From Candidatus Hydrogenedentota bacterium (GTDB taxonomy: Bacteria; Hydrogenedentota; Hydrogenedentia; Hydrogenedentales; SLHB01), in the NCBI GenBank assembly GCA_034408725.1, contig JAWXCN010000045.1, forward strand, positions 1-17,139: DNA of 17,139 nt. Reading direction: 5' to 3'. Below, piece after piece: positions 1 to 8,431 of the stretch. The notes beneath the pieces were generated by a model. That model ran no database searches. It saw only the letters and a program-made list of their open reading frames with translations, and was not told the DNA's origin. The position numbers and the translations under genes are program-made. The stretch's first letter is position 1, and each line of letters begins with the position of its first letter.

Positions 1-2204
1 CCCCAGCAGTTTGCGCCCTGCTCGAGTTCGCTCCAGGTGTCGCGGCCATATTCGCCGTCTTGCGGGATGGTATTGAACGTCCACAGCGGCGCGCCGCTGA
101 CCACATCGTAGCCCGCGACACCGCCTTCATAGCGCGCGATGACTAATACGCTCTTGTGTATGGCGCACGCAACGCGGACTTCGCCGGTCACGACCTTGCC
201 GTGATCGCCGAAGTCCGCGATGGGTTTGCCCGTTACCGGATCGAGTGCGTAAAGCGAATCGCCCGCGTTGAAGTACAGGCGCGGCGATTCGGCGTCCGTT
301 CCTTGCCAAAATGTAAGACCACGAAATGCGGGTTGGCCTTCCGGTTTGAACCGCCAAAGCTCGTTACCGTTCGTTGCGTTCACGGCGACAACGTGTTGGC
401 CCGAAGTCGGCGCGTACATAACATCATCAACGACGATCGGGTTGCATTGTATGTTTGCCGGGCCGTCGCCCGAGCGGTATTCCCACGCGCGCTTTAGATA
501 TTTTACGTTGTCGCGCGTGATCTGTGTCGCCGCGGCAAAGCGCGTGTTGTGGTCGTCGCCGTGCGAGCGGGACCACACAGCGCGAAAGTTATCCGGCAAC
601 GGAAGCGCGGGCGTCAACGAGTCGGGTTCCGCCGCGGGAATGACTTGAAACTCCGGGAGCGCGGCGCGACGTGCTGGATCTTCAATCTCTATACGCGATG
701 CTTGCGAAGTTGACAGCTCATCGAAGTTCCAGAGCGCGAGGGTCGCGTCATCGCGCGATACGGGTGTGTTCGTGGGCGCGATATCGCGAATTCCCTTTGA
801 AATGCGCACCTCGTCGATCTCACCGTCGCAGAAGAATCCGCCTTCCACGAGTCGTCCTATCGCCAAGCCGCCAGGCGCAACAGGCCGGCCTCTATTCGTG
901 TAGGCCTGGTCCGCAACCTGCTTGCCGTCGACGTATACTCGCACGTGGTCCGTGCCGTACTGCACCGCGACGTGATGCCATGCGTCATCGCATACGTTTA
1001 TGTCCGTGCGCGTGTGGTCGGGGTCGAGTCCGGGCGTATAGACAGCGAGTTTCCCGGAGCCTGCTTCGGTGAATACTTCCCAATGCGCGCCGGATGCTTT
1101 GGTGTCGTTTGCCACGAGGATGTTGTAGCCGGTTGCGCTATGCAGCCGCGAGCGACATTCGATCGTGAGCGGCGGTGCGCGGAATGCGTCTTTTCCCGGC
1201 TCGACGATGCTCCCGGAAAGTGCAAGGCCGAATGCGTCGGATATGCTTGGCACGCCGTGCGCCGCGCCTCTGCTGCCCACGCCCAATGGGGGACGCGGCC
1301 CGGCAGGCGGTTTTCCATCCAACTGCGGAATCAACCACTCGAGCCCGTCAAGATTGTCGAGCAGGGTTTCTTCCGCATCGTCCATGGTATGGCCGAGCAC
1401 GCCGATTGGTCCGGTGTATCCGCTGTCGCGGATCGTGCGCAGCAAGGCGAGATCAAGATCGCCATTGCCGATCGGCATGATCTTCTCGCCCTTCGCTTCG
1501 CCGTCCTTGGTCATCCCGTTTAAGTTGATGCAATAGAGGTGCGGCATCATCGCTTTGAGGAGTTCAGGAAATCGATCCAGGTGCGCGTGGCCGTGGTGCA
1601 GGTTATAGACAATGCCGACGTTCGGCGCGTTGAGCGCCTTGATGATCTCGATCTGATTTTCCGGTTCGCCGAACCATCCACCATGATTGTAGAGGCCCAC
1701 CTTGCAGCCGATTTCAGCAGCGGCATCGACGATAGGTCGAAGTGCGAGCACCGCGGCATCAATGCGTTGTTTGTGTTCCTCCGGCGTGCATTGGACATCG
1801 CCGAAGCCTTGCGAAACCCACAGCTCCGTCTTGACGTTGTGGCGCTTGAGCACATCGAGAATGGTCTTTGCCTCATCGTTCAACGCGCCGGGAAACCAGA
1901 ACGCGCTCAACTCGATGTTCCACCGCTTCAACGTCTCGATTTCTTCGTCAAACGCCGGAATGTGCTCCGCGCGCCAGTCATACGCAAACTTGAATATGCC
2001 CATCCGCGCCAGCATTTCCGCCCGCGCCTCCGGCCCGCGCTTCTGCGAATCGAACGGAACAATGCACCAAGCCACGAGGTTGGAGCGGTCGAACAAAAAA
2101 GCGCGGTCGCGGACGGCCTCCCCGGTTGGCTGCGCGATTCCCGAAATCATGACTGATAAGCAGATCACTGCCGTTGCGGAGAAACGGCGCGCATTTAATT
2201 TCAT
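1..2204 (-). CDS. Secreted multidomain protein: signal peptide + xylose-isomerase-like TIM barrel + LamG/concanavalin-like domain + PQQ-dependent (glucose/sorbosone-type) dehydrogenase domain; 3' end beyond window
   Basis: Manual translation from ATG 2204 (SD-like AAGGGG upstream) stays open to base 1. It is absent from the ORF track because there is no stop in the window. MKLNARRFSATAVICLSVMISGIA is signal-like; LFDRSNLVAWCIVPFD..LYNHGGWFGEPENQ..YNLHHGH..GYTGPIG is TIM barrel (~2100-1320); DDAWHHVAVQY..VYVDGK..IGRL..GEIDEVRIS..LWNFDE is LamG (~1240-715); WSRSHGDDHNTRF..QITRDNVKYLKRAWEY..IQCNPIVVDDVMY..GYDVVSGAPLWTFNTIP..GANCWG is quinoprotein GDH N-terminal half (~580-1). Confidence 0.88.
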   Translation of the reverse strand, partial: MKLNARRFSATAVICLSVMISGIAQPTGEAVRDRAFLFDRSNLVAWCIVPFDSQKRGPEARAEMLARMGIFKFAYDWRAEHIPAFDEEIETLKRWNIELSAFWFPGALNDEAKTILDVLKRHNVKTELWVSQGFGDVQCTPEEHKQRIDAAVLALRPIVDAAAEIGCKVGLYNHGGWFGEPENQIEIIKALNAPNVGIVYNLHHGHAHLDRFPELLKAMMPHLYCINLNGMTKDGEAKGEKIMPIGNGDLDLALLRTIRDSGYTGPIGVLGHTMDDAEETLLDNLDGLEWLIPQLDGKPPAGPRPPLGVGSRGAAHGVPSISDAFGLALSGSIVEPGKDAFRAPPLTIECRSRLHSATGYNILVANDTKASGAHWEVFTEAGSGKLAVYTPGLDPDHTRTDINVCDDAWHHVAVQYGTDHVRVYVDGKQVADQAYTNRGRPVAPGGLAIGRLVEGGFFCDGEIDEVRISKGIRDIAPTNTPVSRDDATLALWNFDELSTSQASRIEIEDPARRAALPEFQVIPAAEPDSLTPALPLPDNFRAVWSRSHGDDHNTRFAAATQITRDNVKYLKRAWEYRSGDGPANIQCNPIVVDDVMYAPTSGQHVVAVNATNGNELWRFKPEGQPAFRGLTFWQGTDAESPRLYFNAGDSLYALDPVTGKPIADFGDHGKVVTGEVRVACAIHKSVLVIARYEGGVAGYDVVSGAPLWTFNTIPQDGEYGRDTWSELEQGANCW

Positions 2205-2238
2205 GTATACACCCTTTTTGCGTCCAGGTTGTCCGCGC

Positions 2239-2247
2239 AATCTAACA
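2239..2247 (-). promoter_or_regulatory. Putative extended -10 promoter (TGTTAGATT) for the PQQ-domain gene
   Basis: TGnTAnnnT match on the minus strand ~35 nt upstream of ATG 2204. Confidence 0.4.
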
Positions 2248-2302
2248 GAATGTATTGTCCGAATCACCATCTGCACGGACGATCTCATGGTTAATTCCCG
2301 AT

Positions 2303-2331
2303 TTGAACAGCATCACGCGCCGCGTTACTAT
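2303..2331 (+). promoter_or_regulatory. sigma70 promoter of higBA with palindromic operator in the spacer
   Basis: TTGAAC (2303-2308), 17-nt spacer, TACTAT (2326-2331). An imperfect inverted repeat TCACGCG-C-CGCGTTA (2313-2327) overlaps the spacer and -10. The GTG start lies 6 nt after the -10. Confidence 0.7.
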
Positions 2332-2337
2332 GTGCAT

Positions 2338-2616
2338 GTGATCGTCTCGTACAATTGCGCGGATACGGAAACCCTCGCTAACGGCGACAGGGTGAAACGT
2401 TTCGCGGCTTTTGAGCGTGTCGCAATGCGAAAACTCCGTCAATTACAGATCGCGGGACGGCTTGAGGACTTGCGCGTTCCGCCGGGAAACCGGTTGGAAG
2501 CACTTCGTGGAGTCCGCGCGGGACAGTACAGTATTCGAATCAATGATCAATACCGCATTTGCTTCAAATGGACGCTTGCGGGCGCAGAGGACGTAGAAAT
2601 TGCCGATTATCATTAG
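2338..2616 (+). CDS. higB: HigB-family (RelE/ParE superfamily) toxin, plasmid maintenance killer type
   Basis: C-terminal 92 aa of ORF 1702..2616: MIVSYNCADTE..RKLRQL..LEDLRVPPGNRLEALRG.RAGQYSIRINDQYRICFKW..AEDVEIADYH is the classic HigB signature. GTG at 2338 gives the usual family length. Confidence 0.93.
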   Translation: MIVSYNCADTETLANGDRVKRFAAFERVAMRKLRQLQIAGRLEDLRVPPGNRLEALRGVRAGQYSIRINDQYRICFKWTLAGAEDVEIADYH

Positions 2617-2627
2617 AGGATTTGACT

Positions 2628-2945
2628 ATGCGCAAGCTTAAACCCGTCACCCCCGGCGAACTTCTGCGCGAGGAGTTCCTCGTGCCGATGGACCTTTCAC
2701 AATACCGTGTGGCCAAAGAGATCGACGTGCCTGCGCAACGAATCGGCGAAATTGTAGCGGGAAAGCGGACCATTACAGCCGATACGGACTTGCGACTCTG
2801 CAAGTTCTTTGGGTTATCGAATGGTTATTGGCTACGGGCTCAAGCGGCGCATGATATCGAAGTTGCCGAAGCGAATCTATCTGAGGAATTGAAAAAGATA
2901 ACTCCATTTCGCAAAAAATATGCCGCAAAACGACGACTTGCCTGA
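2628..2945 (+). CDS. higA: HigA-family antitoxin (HTH XRE)
   Basis: MRKLKPVTPGELLREEFLVPMDLSQYRVAKEIDVPAQRIGEIVAGKRTITADTDLRLCKFFGLSNGYWLRAQAAHD; SD GAGGA at 2616-2620; toxin-first gene order. Confidence 0.95.
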   Translation: MRKLKPVTPGELLREEFLVPMDLSQYRVAKEIDVPAQRIGEIVAGKRTITADTDLRLCKFFGLSNGYWLRAQAAHDIEVAEANLSEELKKITPFRKKYAAKRRLA

Positions 2946-2955
2946 TCGCACCTAC

Positions 2956-3786
2956 TTACGCCATCACCTCCACATACTTCGTCGTGATCGTTTCGTTCTC
3001 AATGTGAAACAGCCGGTACCCCTTCGACGTCGTTCCGTCGTGGTTATCGCGGGTGGACGAGCAGCACGCGGTGGTGGTGAAGAGAATGCCGTCACGCGTT
3101 TCTTCCTGATTGCCGTGGAAATGGCCCGCGGCGACAAGTTTGAGGTTGTGGCCGGAGAAGAGCCCAATCAACTCGTCGGCGTTCTGCACGCGATAGGCTT
3201 TTGAATTCGGGTTGAAAGGGTGGTGCGAGAACAGCGCGATGGGGCGATTCGCGTTCGTTCGTTTAAGTTGTTGCTCGATCAATTCGATCTGGTCAGGTCG
3301 AATCGACACATCGGACTTCGCTTCGTTGGTCGAGTCGATCCCCATGAACAACCAGCCTTCGTTTTCCGTATGCCACTCGGCTTCGTCGAATTGCTTCCGG
3401 TAGTTGGCGTAAATGTCTTTCGCTTTCATGCACACGTCGTGATTGCCGGGGATCGCGAAATAGGGCTGCCCCAACCGGTCCAGCGACGACTTCGCGAGTT
3501 TCAACTCAGACCAGTTCCCATCCGTCGCGATGTCGCCGCACATGACAGTGAACCGCACATCGGGGTTTGCGTTGATCGATGATGCAGCCTTATTGACAAT
3601 GCTGGTGCTACGCGCATCGAGCACATGGATGTCGCCAATGACCGCGAAGGTGAGTTTGCCGGGAGCACCGGGCATCACATCGATTGCCTTAACCTTGTCG
3701 GCGACCTTGTCGAGCCCGAGTTTCGCGCAACCTGAAAGGCCCGCGGCGCTGATGAGTCCTACGAATTGGCGGCGTGAAATTCGCAT
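2956..3786 (-). CDS. Calcineurin-like metallophosphoesterase (CpdA/Icc-like), predicted Tat-exported lipoprotein
   Basis: Motifs GDIH, GD, GNHD, HH and GHFH occur in order. N-terminal SRRQFVG twin-arginine motif and LSGC lipobox; SD-like AAGGGG upstream. Confidence 0.9.
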   Translation of the reverse strand: MRISRRQFVGLISAAGLSGCAKLGLDKVADKVKAIDVMPGAPGKLTFAVIGDIHVLDARSTSIVNKAASSINANPDVRFTVMCGDIATDGNWSELKLAKSSLDRLGQPYFAIPGNHDVCMKAKDIYANYRKQFDEAEWHTENEGWLFMGIDSTNEAKSDVSIRPDQIELIEQQLKRTNANRPIALFSHHPFNPNSKAYRVQNADELIGLFSGHNLKLVAAGHFHGNQEETRDGILFTTTACCSSTRDNHDGTTSKGYRLFHIENETITTKYVEVMA

Positions 3787-3964
3787 GATGATGTGTCCCC
3801 TTTTCCGGAAATATACTACGAATTTTTCGGTAACGCCATTTAATGCAAAAAACTATTCTTGCGCAATCGACTTCAATAACGCGCGCGGAGCGTCTTGGAC
3901 CGCGGTCGCTATGTGCGAGCGTACGAATGTTTGTGCTTCCCCTACGTCGTATCTGAAACATGCG

Positions 3965-4177
3965 CTATTTGGACTGCGGTTGCGTAGCGGACGCCGGAGC
4001 GGTCGCTATGAGTGTAGATACGAAGAATTGTTCTTCCAAACAGTGAGCTGCACGGAACCTAAGCGCAGCTACCGCTTTGGCTGTTTACGGGCGACGGCTT
4101 CGTGCGCGCACGCAAGGGTAGGCCAACTGTGATAAACAGCCAAAGCGGCGTCTTGGGGGCCGCCGCAGTCCAAATAG
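3965..4177. repeat. REPIN/MITE-like element with nested inverted repeats
   Basis: Perfect 15-bp terminal IR CTATTTGGACTGCGG (3965-3979 / 4163-4177) and perfect 16-bp inner IR CCGCTTTGGCTGTTTA (4072-4087 / 4133-4148). Same TGGACTGCGG..CCGCTTT core as the repeats at 8468 and 13896-14168. Confidence 0.8.
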
Positions 4178-4292
4178 GCCTCTTCCCCAACATCGTTTGG
4201 AACAAGCGTTATTTGAACCGCGGTGCGCCGCGCTGTGCTGGTTACTGCGCGGGATTACAACGTTTTTGGTTGACGCTACTGTCGGGCGAATT

Positions 4293-4301
4293 TGATATTC
4301 T
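4293..4301 (+). promoter_or_regulatory. Putative extended -10 promoter (TGATATTCT) directly upstream of the glycerate kinase start
   Basis: TGnTATTCT ends 7 nt before ATG 4309, and no SD sequence is present. Confidence 0.5.
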
Positions 4302-4308
4302 TAGCGGC

Positions 4309-5451
4309 ATGCGTGTTGTCGTTGCCCCCGACTCGTTTAAGGAATGTCTGTCCGCCGCTCGCGTGGCCGCGGCGATTGCCGCCGGCGTACTGCGCGCGGT
4401 TCCAGCCGCTGACGTCGTGTGCATGCCGATGGCCGATGGCGGCGAAGGTACGGTCGATGCCCTGGTGAATGCAACGCGGGGAACTTTCCACACCACGCGC
4501 GTGAGCGGGCCATTGGGCATGCAGGTCGATGCCATCTGGGGCATGCTCGGTGATGGCGATACAGCGGTTATCGAAATGGCTGCGGCATCGGGCCTCGCTT
4601 TGGTGGCTAGAAACGAACGCGATCCGCGCATTGCCAGCACGCGCGGCACCGGCGAACTCATGCGCGCGGCGTTGGACCGCGGTGTGAGCCGGATGATACT
4701 GGGTCTCGGCGGTAGTGCGACAAACGACGGCGGCGCGGGCATGGCGCAGGCACTGGGATATTCCCTGCGCGATGCGTCCGGCGCGGAACTTTCCCCCGGC
4801 GGCGCCGCGCTCGCGGAACTCGAAACTATCGATGCTTCACAAGTGCATCCGCGGTTGGAGCGATGCCAGGTGCATGTCGCGTGCGATGTGACGAATCCAC
4901 TCTGCGGGCCAAGTGGATCATCACGCGTGTACGGTCCCCAGAAAGGCGCGACGCCAGAGATAGTGGAACAGCTCGACGCCGCGCTCTCGCGGTACGCGCA
5001 AATTATTGAGAGGCACTTCGGGTTGGACGTTGCGCGGATTCCAGGCGCGGGCGCCGCGGGCGGAATCGGCGCGGGGCTGATGGCTTTCGCAAACGGCAGG
5101 CTTCGCTCCGGCCTTGAGCTGGTTGCGGACGCATGCGGCCTCGAAGACGCCGTGCGCGGCGTCGATCTCGTCATCACCGGCGAAGGTTGCATCGATGCGC
5201 AAACAGTCCATGGCAAGACGCCGGTAGGCGTTGCCCGCATCGCGAAGCGGCACCGTGTGCCCGTAGTCGCGGTCGCGGGCGCTCTGGGCGATGGGTATCA
5301 GGCGGTGTATAGCGAGGGCATTGACGCGGTGTTCAGCATCGCAACCGGCCCGATGCCGTTGGAGGAGTCGATTGCGCGCGCGGAAAAATTGCTCGAGTTT
5401 GCAGGCGAATCCATTGCCGGAATGGCGCACGCCTTGCGGAGCAACGCGTGA
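4309..5451 (+). CDS. glxK: Glycerate kinase (class I, GlxK/GarK family)
   Basis: MRVVVAPDSFKECLSA, PMADGGEGT, AVIEMAAASGL, LGLGGSATNDGGAG, CDVTNPLCG, YGPQKGA, GAGAAGG, ITGEG, GKTP. Start set at ATG 4309 (380 aa) from the family N-terminus. Confidence 0.95.
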   Translation: MRVVVAPDSFKECLSAARVAAAIAAGVLRAVPAADVVCMPMADGGEGTVDALVNATRGTFHTTRVSGPLGMQVDAIWGMLGDGDTAVIEMAAASGLALVARNERDPRIASTRGTGELMRAALDRGVSRMILGLGGSATNDGGAGMAQALGYSLRDASGAELSPGGAALAELETIDASQVHPRLERCQVHVACDVTNPLCGPSGSSRVYGPQKGATPEIVEQLDAALSRYAQIIERHFGLDVARIPGAGAAGGIGAGLMAFANGRLRSGLELVADACGLEDAVRGVDLVITGEGCIDAQTVHGKTPVGVARIAKRHRVPVVAVAGALGDGYQAVYSEGIDAVFSIATGPMPLEESIARAEKLLEFAGESIAGMAHALRSNA

Positions 5452-8426
5452 TACCCGCGTTCGCCCTTGTCGCGTTCGCCGATCCAGACGCCGCGCAGGC
5501 GAGGTTGTCGCTGTTGATCGACGGCGAGCGTCCCAATTTCGCGACCCATCTTGCGGCGGCGCTAATGGAAACGCCCGACGCGGACCTTGCACTACTCCGG
5601 TTCGAGCGATTTATTACCGCATCGCGCACCCCGGGCGCTGAACTCGATATCATGAACGCCACTCCGCGCTATGCGCGGCTCGTGCTGACAGTTCTAGGCC
5701 ACAGCAGTTTTCTGACGGATATTGTCTGCCGCAATCCCGAATACATGCTCTGGCTTTGGGAGGAAGCGGACCTTGAGAATACGCGTCCGCGCGACAAAAT
5801 TCTCACCGACGCCCTGCACAGTATTGATACATTTCCCACGTTTGAAACGCGATGTGACGCGCTGCGCCGGCTGCACCGCCGGGAAATACTGCGCATCGCC
5901 GCGCGGGACATCGTCGCGCATTGTCATGTGGCCGCCGTCGCGGATGATTTGTCGAATTTCGCGGATGCGGTGTCCGAGGCGGCGCTTTGCGTGGCCGAAC
6001 TGGATATTGCTCCGCGTTTCGGCGCGCCGCGCGCGCAGGACGGTGCGCGCGACGCGAAGTTCGTCGTGATTGGGATGGGGAAACTCGGCGCGCAGGAATT
6101 GAACTTCAGCTCGGACATTGATTTGATTTTCATGTACAGCGAAGACGGCGAGACCTCCGGCGGGACATCATCCATTGGCAACGCGGAGTATTACCACAAA
6201 CTCGGCGAACGCATGATTCGCGCGTTGTCCGAGCATACCGCGGAAGGGTCCATTTTTCGTGTCGATATGCGGCTGCGCCCGCACGGAAAAAATGGTCCGC
6301 TCGCCGTCGATCTCGATACTGCATTGCGTTATTACGAACGCGAAGGCCACGCCTGGGAACGCCAGGCGCTCATCAAGGCGCGGCCCATCGCGGGCGACTT
6401 CGCATTGGGCCGCCATTTCGTCGAAAGCACACGCGCGTTTGTGTACCCAAAATTTTTCGACGACGAAACCCTCGAAGACATCCGAAACGCCAAGCGGCAG
6501 ATGGAAACGCAGATCGCGCAACGGGGTGAATCGGATATCGAAGTAAAACTCGGGCGCGGTGGCATTCGCGACATCGAGTTCACCGTGCAGATGCTGCAAC
6601 TGCTGAACGGCGGGCGCATACCAGAACTTTGCGTGGCGCCGACGTTGCCCGCGATTCGCGTGCTGGGCGCACAGGCATTGCTGAAGCCACTCGACGCGCA
6701 GACGCTCGCAAGCAACTACGTTTTCTTGCGACAAGTAGAACACCGTCTCCAGATCGAAGGAAGCAGGCAGGTCCACTGTCTGCCATCTGATCCGGTCGAA
6801 CTCGACGTGTTTGCCCGCAGGCTCGGTTATGCAAATGGACGGTCGTTTATGAATGACTACTCCGATCGCGCCGACGCGACGCGAAAGATTCTCGATCAGT
6901 TTCTTGCGACCGAAGGCAGCGGCAACTTGTGGGTAACCGATCTGTTGAATTCCCGTTCCGAAGGAGATGTGGGCAAGGCGGGATTGCTGAATCTTGGTTT
7001 TCAAAATGTGGACACGGCGCGCGATGAATTGCTTGCCCTATACACGGGCCCGCGCGAGCGTTCGCACACGTTGCACGTGCGACAGCAGTTCCTGAAAATC
7101 GCGCCAGCCCTCCTGAAGGCGCTGTCCAATGCTTCCGGCCCGGATACGGCGTTGCGCCGGCTTGGCCAGATTCTGGGCACTGTCCGAGCGCCGAGCGTGG
7201 TGTACGACACGCTTATAATGAACCCGAACTTGTGCCAGCATCTCGTCACACTGGTCGAGAACAGTCCGTATCTTGCCGACCTGATGGTTCGCGATCCGGG
7301 ATTATTCGATACATTTGGCAACACGCGGACGTTGGCGCGGGAGGCGACGCGCGAAGACCTGGACGACCAACTGGCCAGCCTGCTCCGCGCATACGACAGT
7401 GAAGCCGCGCCGTACCGCCTGCACGCGGGCGAAACGCTACGCATCGGCATGCGCGACATTATCGCTGGCGTCGAAGTGGAGGAAATAAGCCGCGAGCTTA
7501 CGCTGCTTGCGGAGGTGTGTTTAGGCTACGCAATTGCGAAGGCGCGCGAAAAAACCGCGGAACGCTTCGGGGCCGCGGCCGCGGGTTTTGCCGTTCTCGC
7601 GCTTGGAAAATTCGCCGGACGCGAGCTGGGGTACGGCAGCGACCTCGATCTGGTGTTTGTCTACGAATCCGGCGCGGACACCGGCACAACGTCACCGGTA
7701 GAATATTTCAGTGATGTCGCGTCGGGCATCATTCGCATTTTAAAAGAACTGACACGATACGGAATGCTTTACGACGTGGATGCGCGGCTGCGTCCGGATG
7801 GCTCGAAGGGCAGTCTGGCTGTCAGCGACGCGCGGCTTGCGGAGTATTACGTGAGCGAGGCCCAAGCATGGGAACGGCTCGCGTTGCTCAAAGTGCGCGC
7901 GGTGGGCGGGGACGAAGCATTCGCGGCCAAGGTAGAAGAACGCGCGCGCCGGCTCGCCTTTGAACTTCCGTTGACGCGGGAAAACCTGGCGAATATTGAA
8001 GAAATGCGCGGAAAACTTGTCACGTCATCGGCGCGCTCGAGTCTGAAGAAAGACGAAGGCGGGATGGCGGAGATCGAGTTTGCAATACGCTTATTGCAGA
8101 TTCGGTACGCGACGGAGCATCCGCAACTCGTGCGCGGCGATGTCATGGGCGCCGCGGACACGCTGGAGCAAATCGGCGCGCTATCCGGCGGCGATTCGGC
8201 GGCGTTACGCGATGCGTATCGCTTCTTTCGCGGAATCGAAAACCGGTTGCGCGTCGAGCACGGCCGGTCGACCAGCAGACTGCCCGAAACCACGGACGAA
8301 CAGGCGGCGCTTGCGAAGCGACTCGATATTCAGGGCGATTTGGTTTCAATCGTCAATGAGCATAAGACGCGTGTACACGCTGTTTATTCTCGCGTGTTGG
8401 CGTTGCTCGAGCGCGATTGCCGTTAG
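5448..8426 (+). CDS. glnE: Bifunctional glutamine synthetase adenylyltransferase/adenylyl-removing enzyme
   Basis: 992 aa with two nucleotidyltransferase repeats: MGKLGAQELNFSSDIDLIF..VDMRLRP..WERQALIKAR..KLGRGGIRDIEF and LGKFAGRELGYGSDLDLVF..VDARLRPDG..WERLAL..GGMAEIEF. The GTG start overlaps the glxK stop (GTGA). Confidence 0.95.
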   Translation: MIPAFALVAFADPDAAQARLSLLIDGERPNFATHLAAALMETPDADLALLRFERFITASRTPGAELDIMNATPRYARLVLTVLGHSSFLTDIVCRNPEYMLWLWEEADLENTRPRDKILTDALHSIDTFPTFETRCDALRRLHRREILRIAARDIVAHCHVAAVADDLSNFADAVSEAALCVAELDIAPRFGAPRAQDGARDAKFVVIGMGKLGAQELNFSSDIDLIFMYSEDGETSGGTSSIGNAEYYHKLGERMIRALSEHTAEGSIFRVDMRLRPHGKNGPLAVDLDTALRYYEREGHAWERQALIKARPIAGDFALGRHFVESTRAFVYPKFFDDETLEDIRNAKRQMETQIAQRGESDIEVKLGRGGIRDIEFTVQMLQLLNGGRIPELCVAPTLPAIRVLGAQALLKPLDAQTLASNYVFLRQVEHRLQIEGSRQVHCLPSDPVELDVFARRLGYANGRSFMNDYSDRADATRKILDQFLATEGSGNLWVTDLLNSRSEGDVGKAGLLNLGFQNVDTARDELLALYTGPRERSHTLHVRQQFLKIAPALLKALSNASGPDTALRRLGQILGTVRAPSVVYDTLIMNPNLCQHLVTLVENSPYLADLMVRDPGLFDTFGNTRTLAREATREDLDDQLASLLRAYDSEAAPYRLHAGETLRIGMRDIIAGVEVEEISRELTLLAEVCLGYAIAKAREKTAERFGAAAAGFAVLALGKFAGRELGYGSDLDLVFVYESGADTGTTSPVEYFSDVASGIIRILKELTRYGMLYDVDARLRPDGSKGSLAVSDARLAEYYVSEAQAWERLALLKVRAVGGDEAFAAKVEERARRLAFELPLTRENLANIEEMRGKLVTSSARSSLKKDEGGMAEIEFAIRLLQIRYATEHPQLVRGDVMGAADTLEQIGALSGGDSAALRDAYRFFRGIENRLRVEHGRSTSRLPETTDEQAALAKRLDIQGDLVSIVNEHKTRVHAVYSRVLALLERDCR

Positions 8427-8431
8427 GGGGA

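Noticed and set aside
156..2156. Several plus-strand ORFs (113-205 aa)
   Set aside because: All lie antisense to the TIM-LamG-PQQ gene and have no recognisable features.
1702..2337. 212-aa N-terminal extension on HigB (ORF 1702..2616)
   Set aside because: It is antisense to the real minus-strand gene and runs through the promoter; HigB similarity begins at GTG 2338.
3965..4177. Autonomous IS element
   Set aside because: Too short, with no transposase ORF and no clear target-site duplication.
4102..4308. N-terminal extension of glycerate kinase
   Set aside because: It reads through the repeat element and promoter; the family N-terminus starts at ATG 4309.
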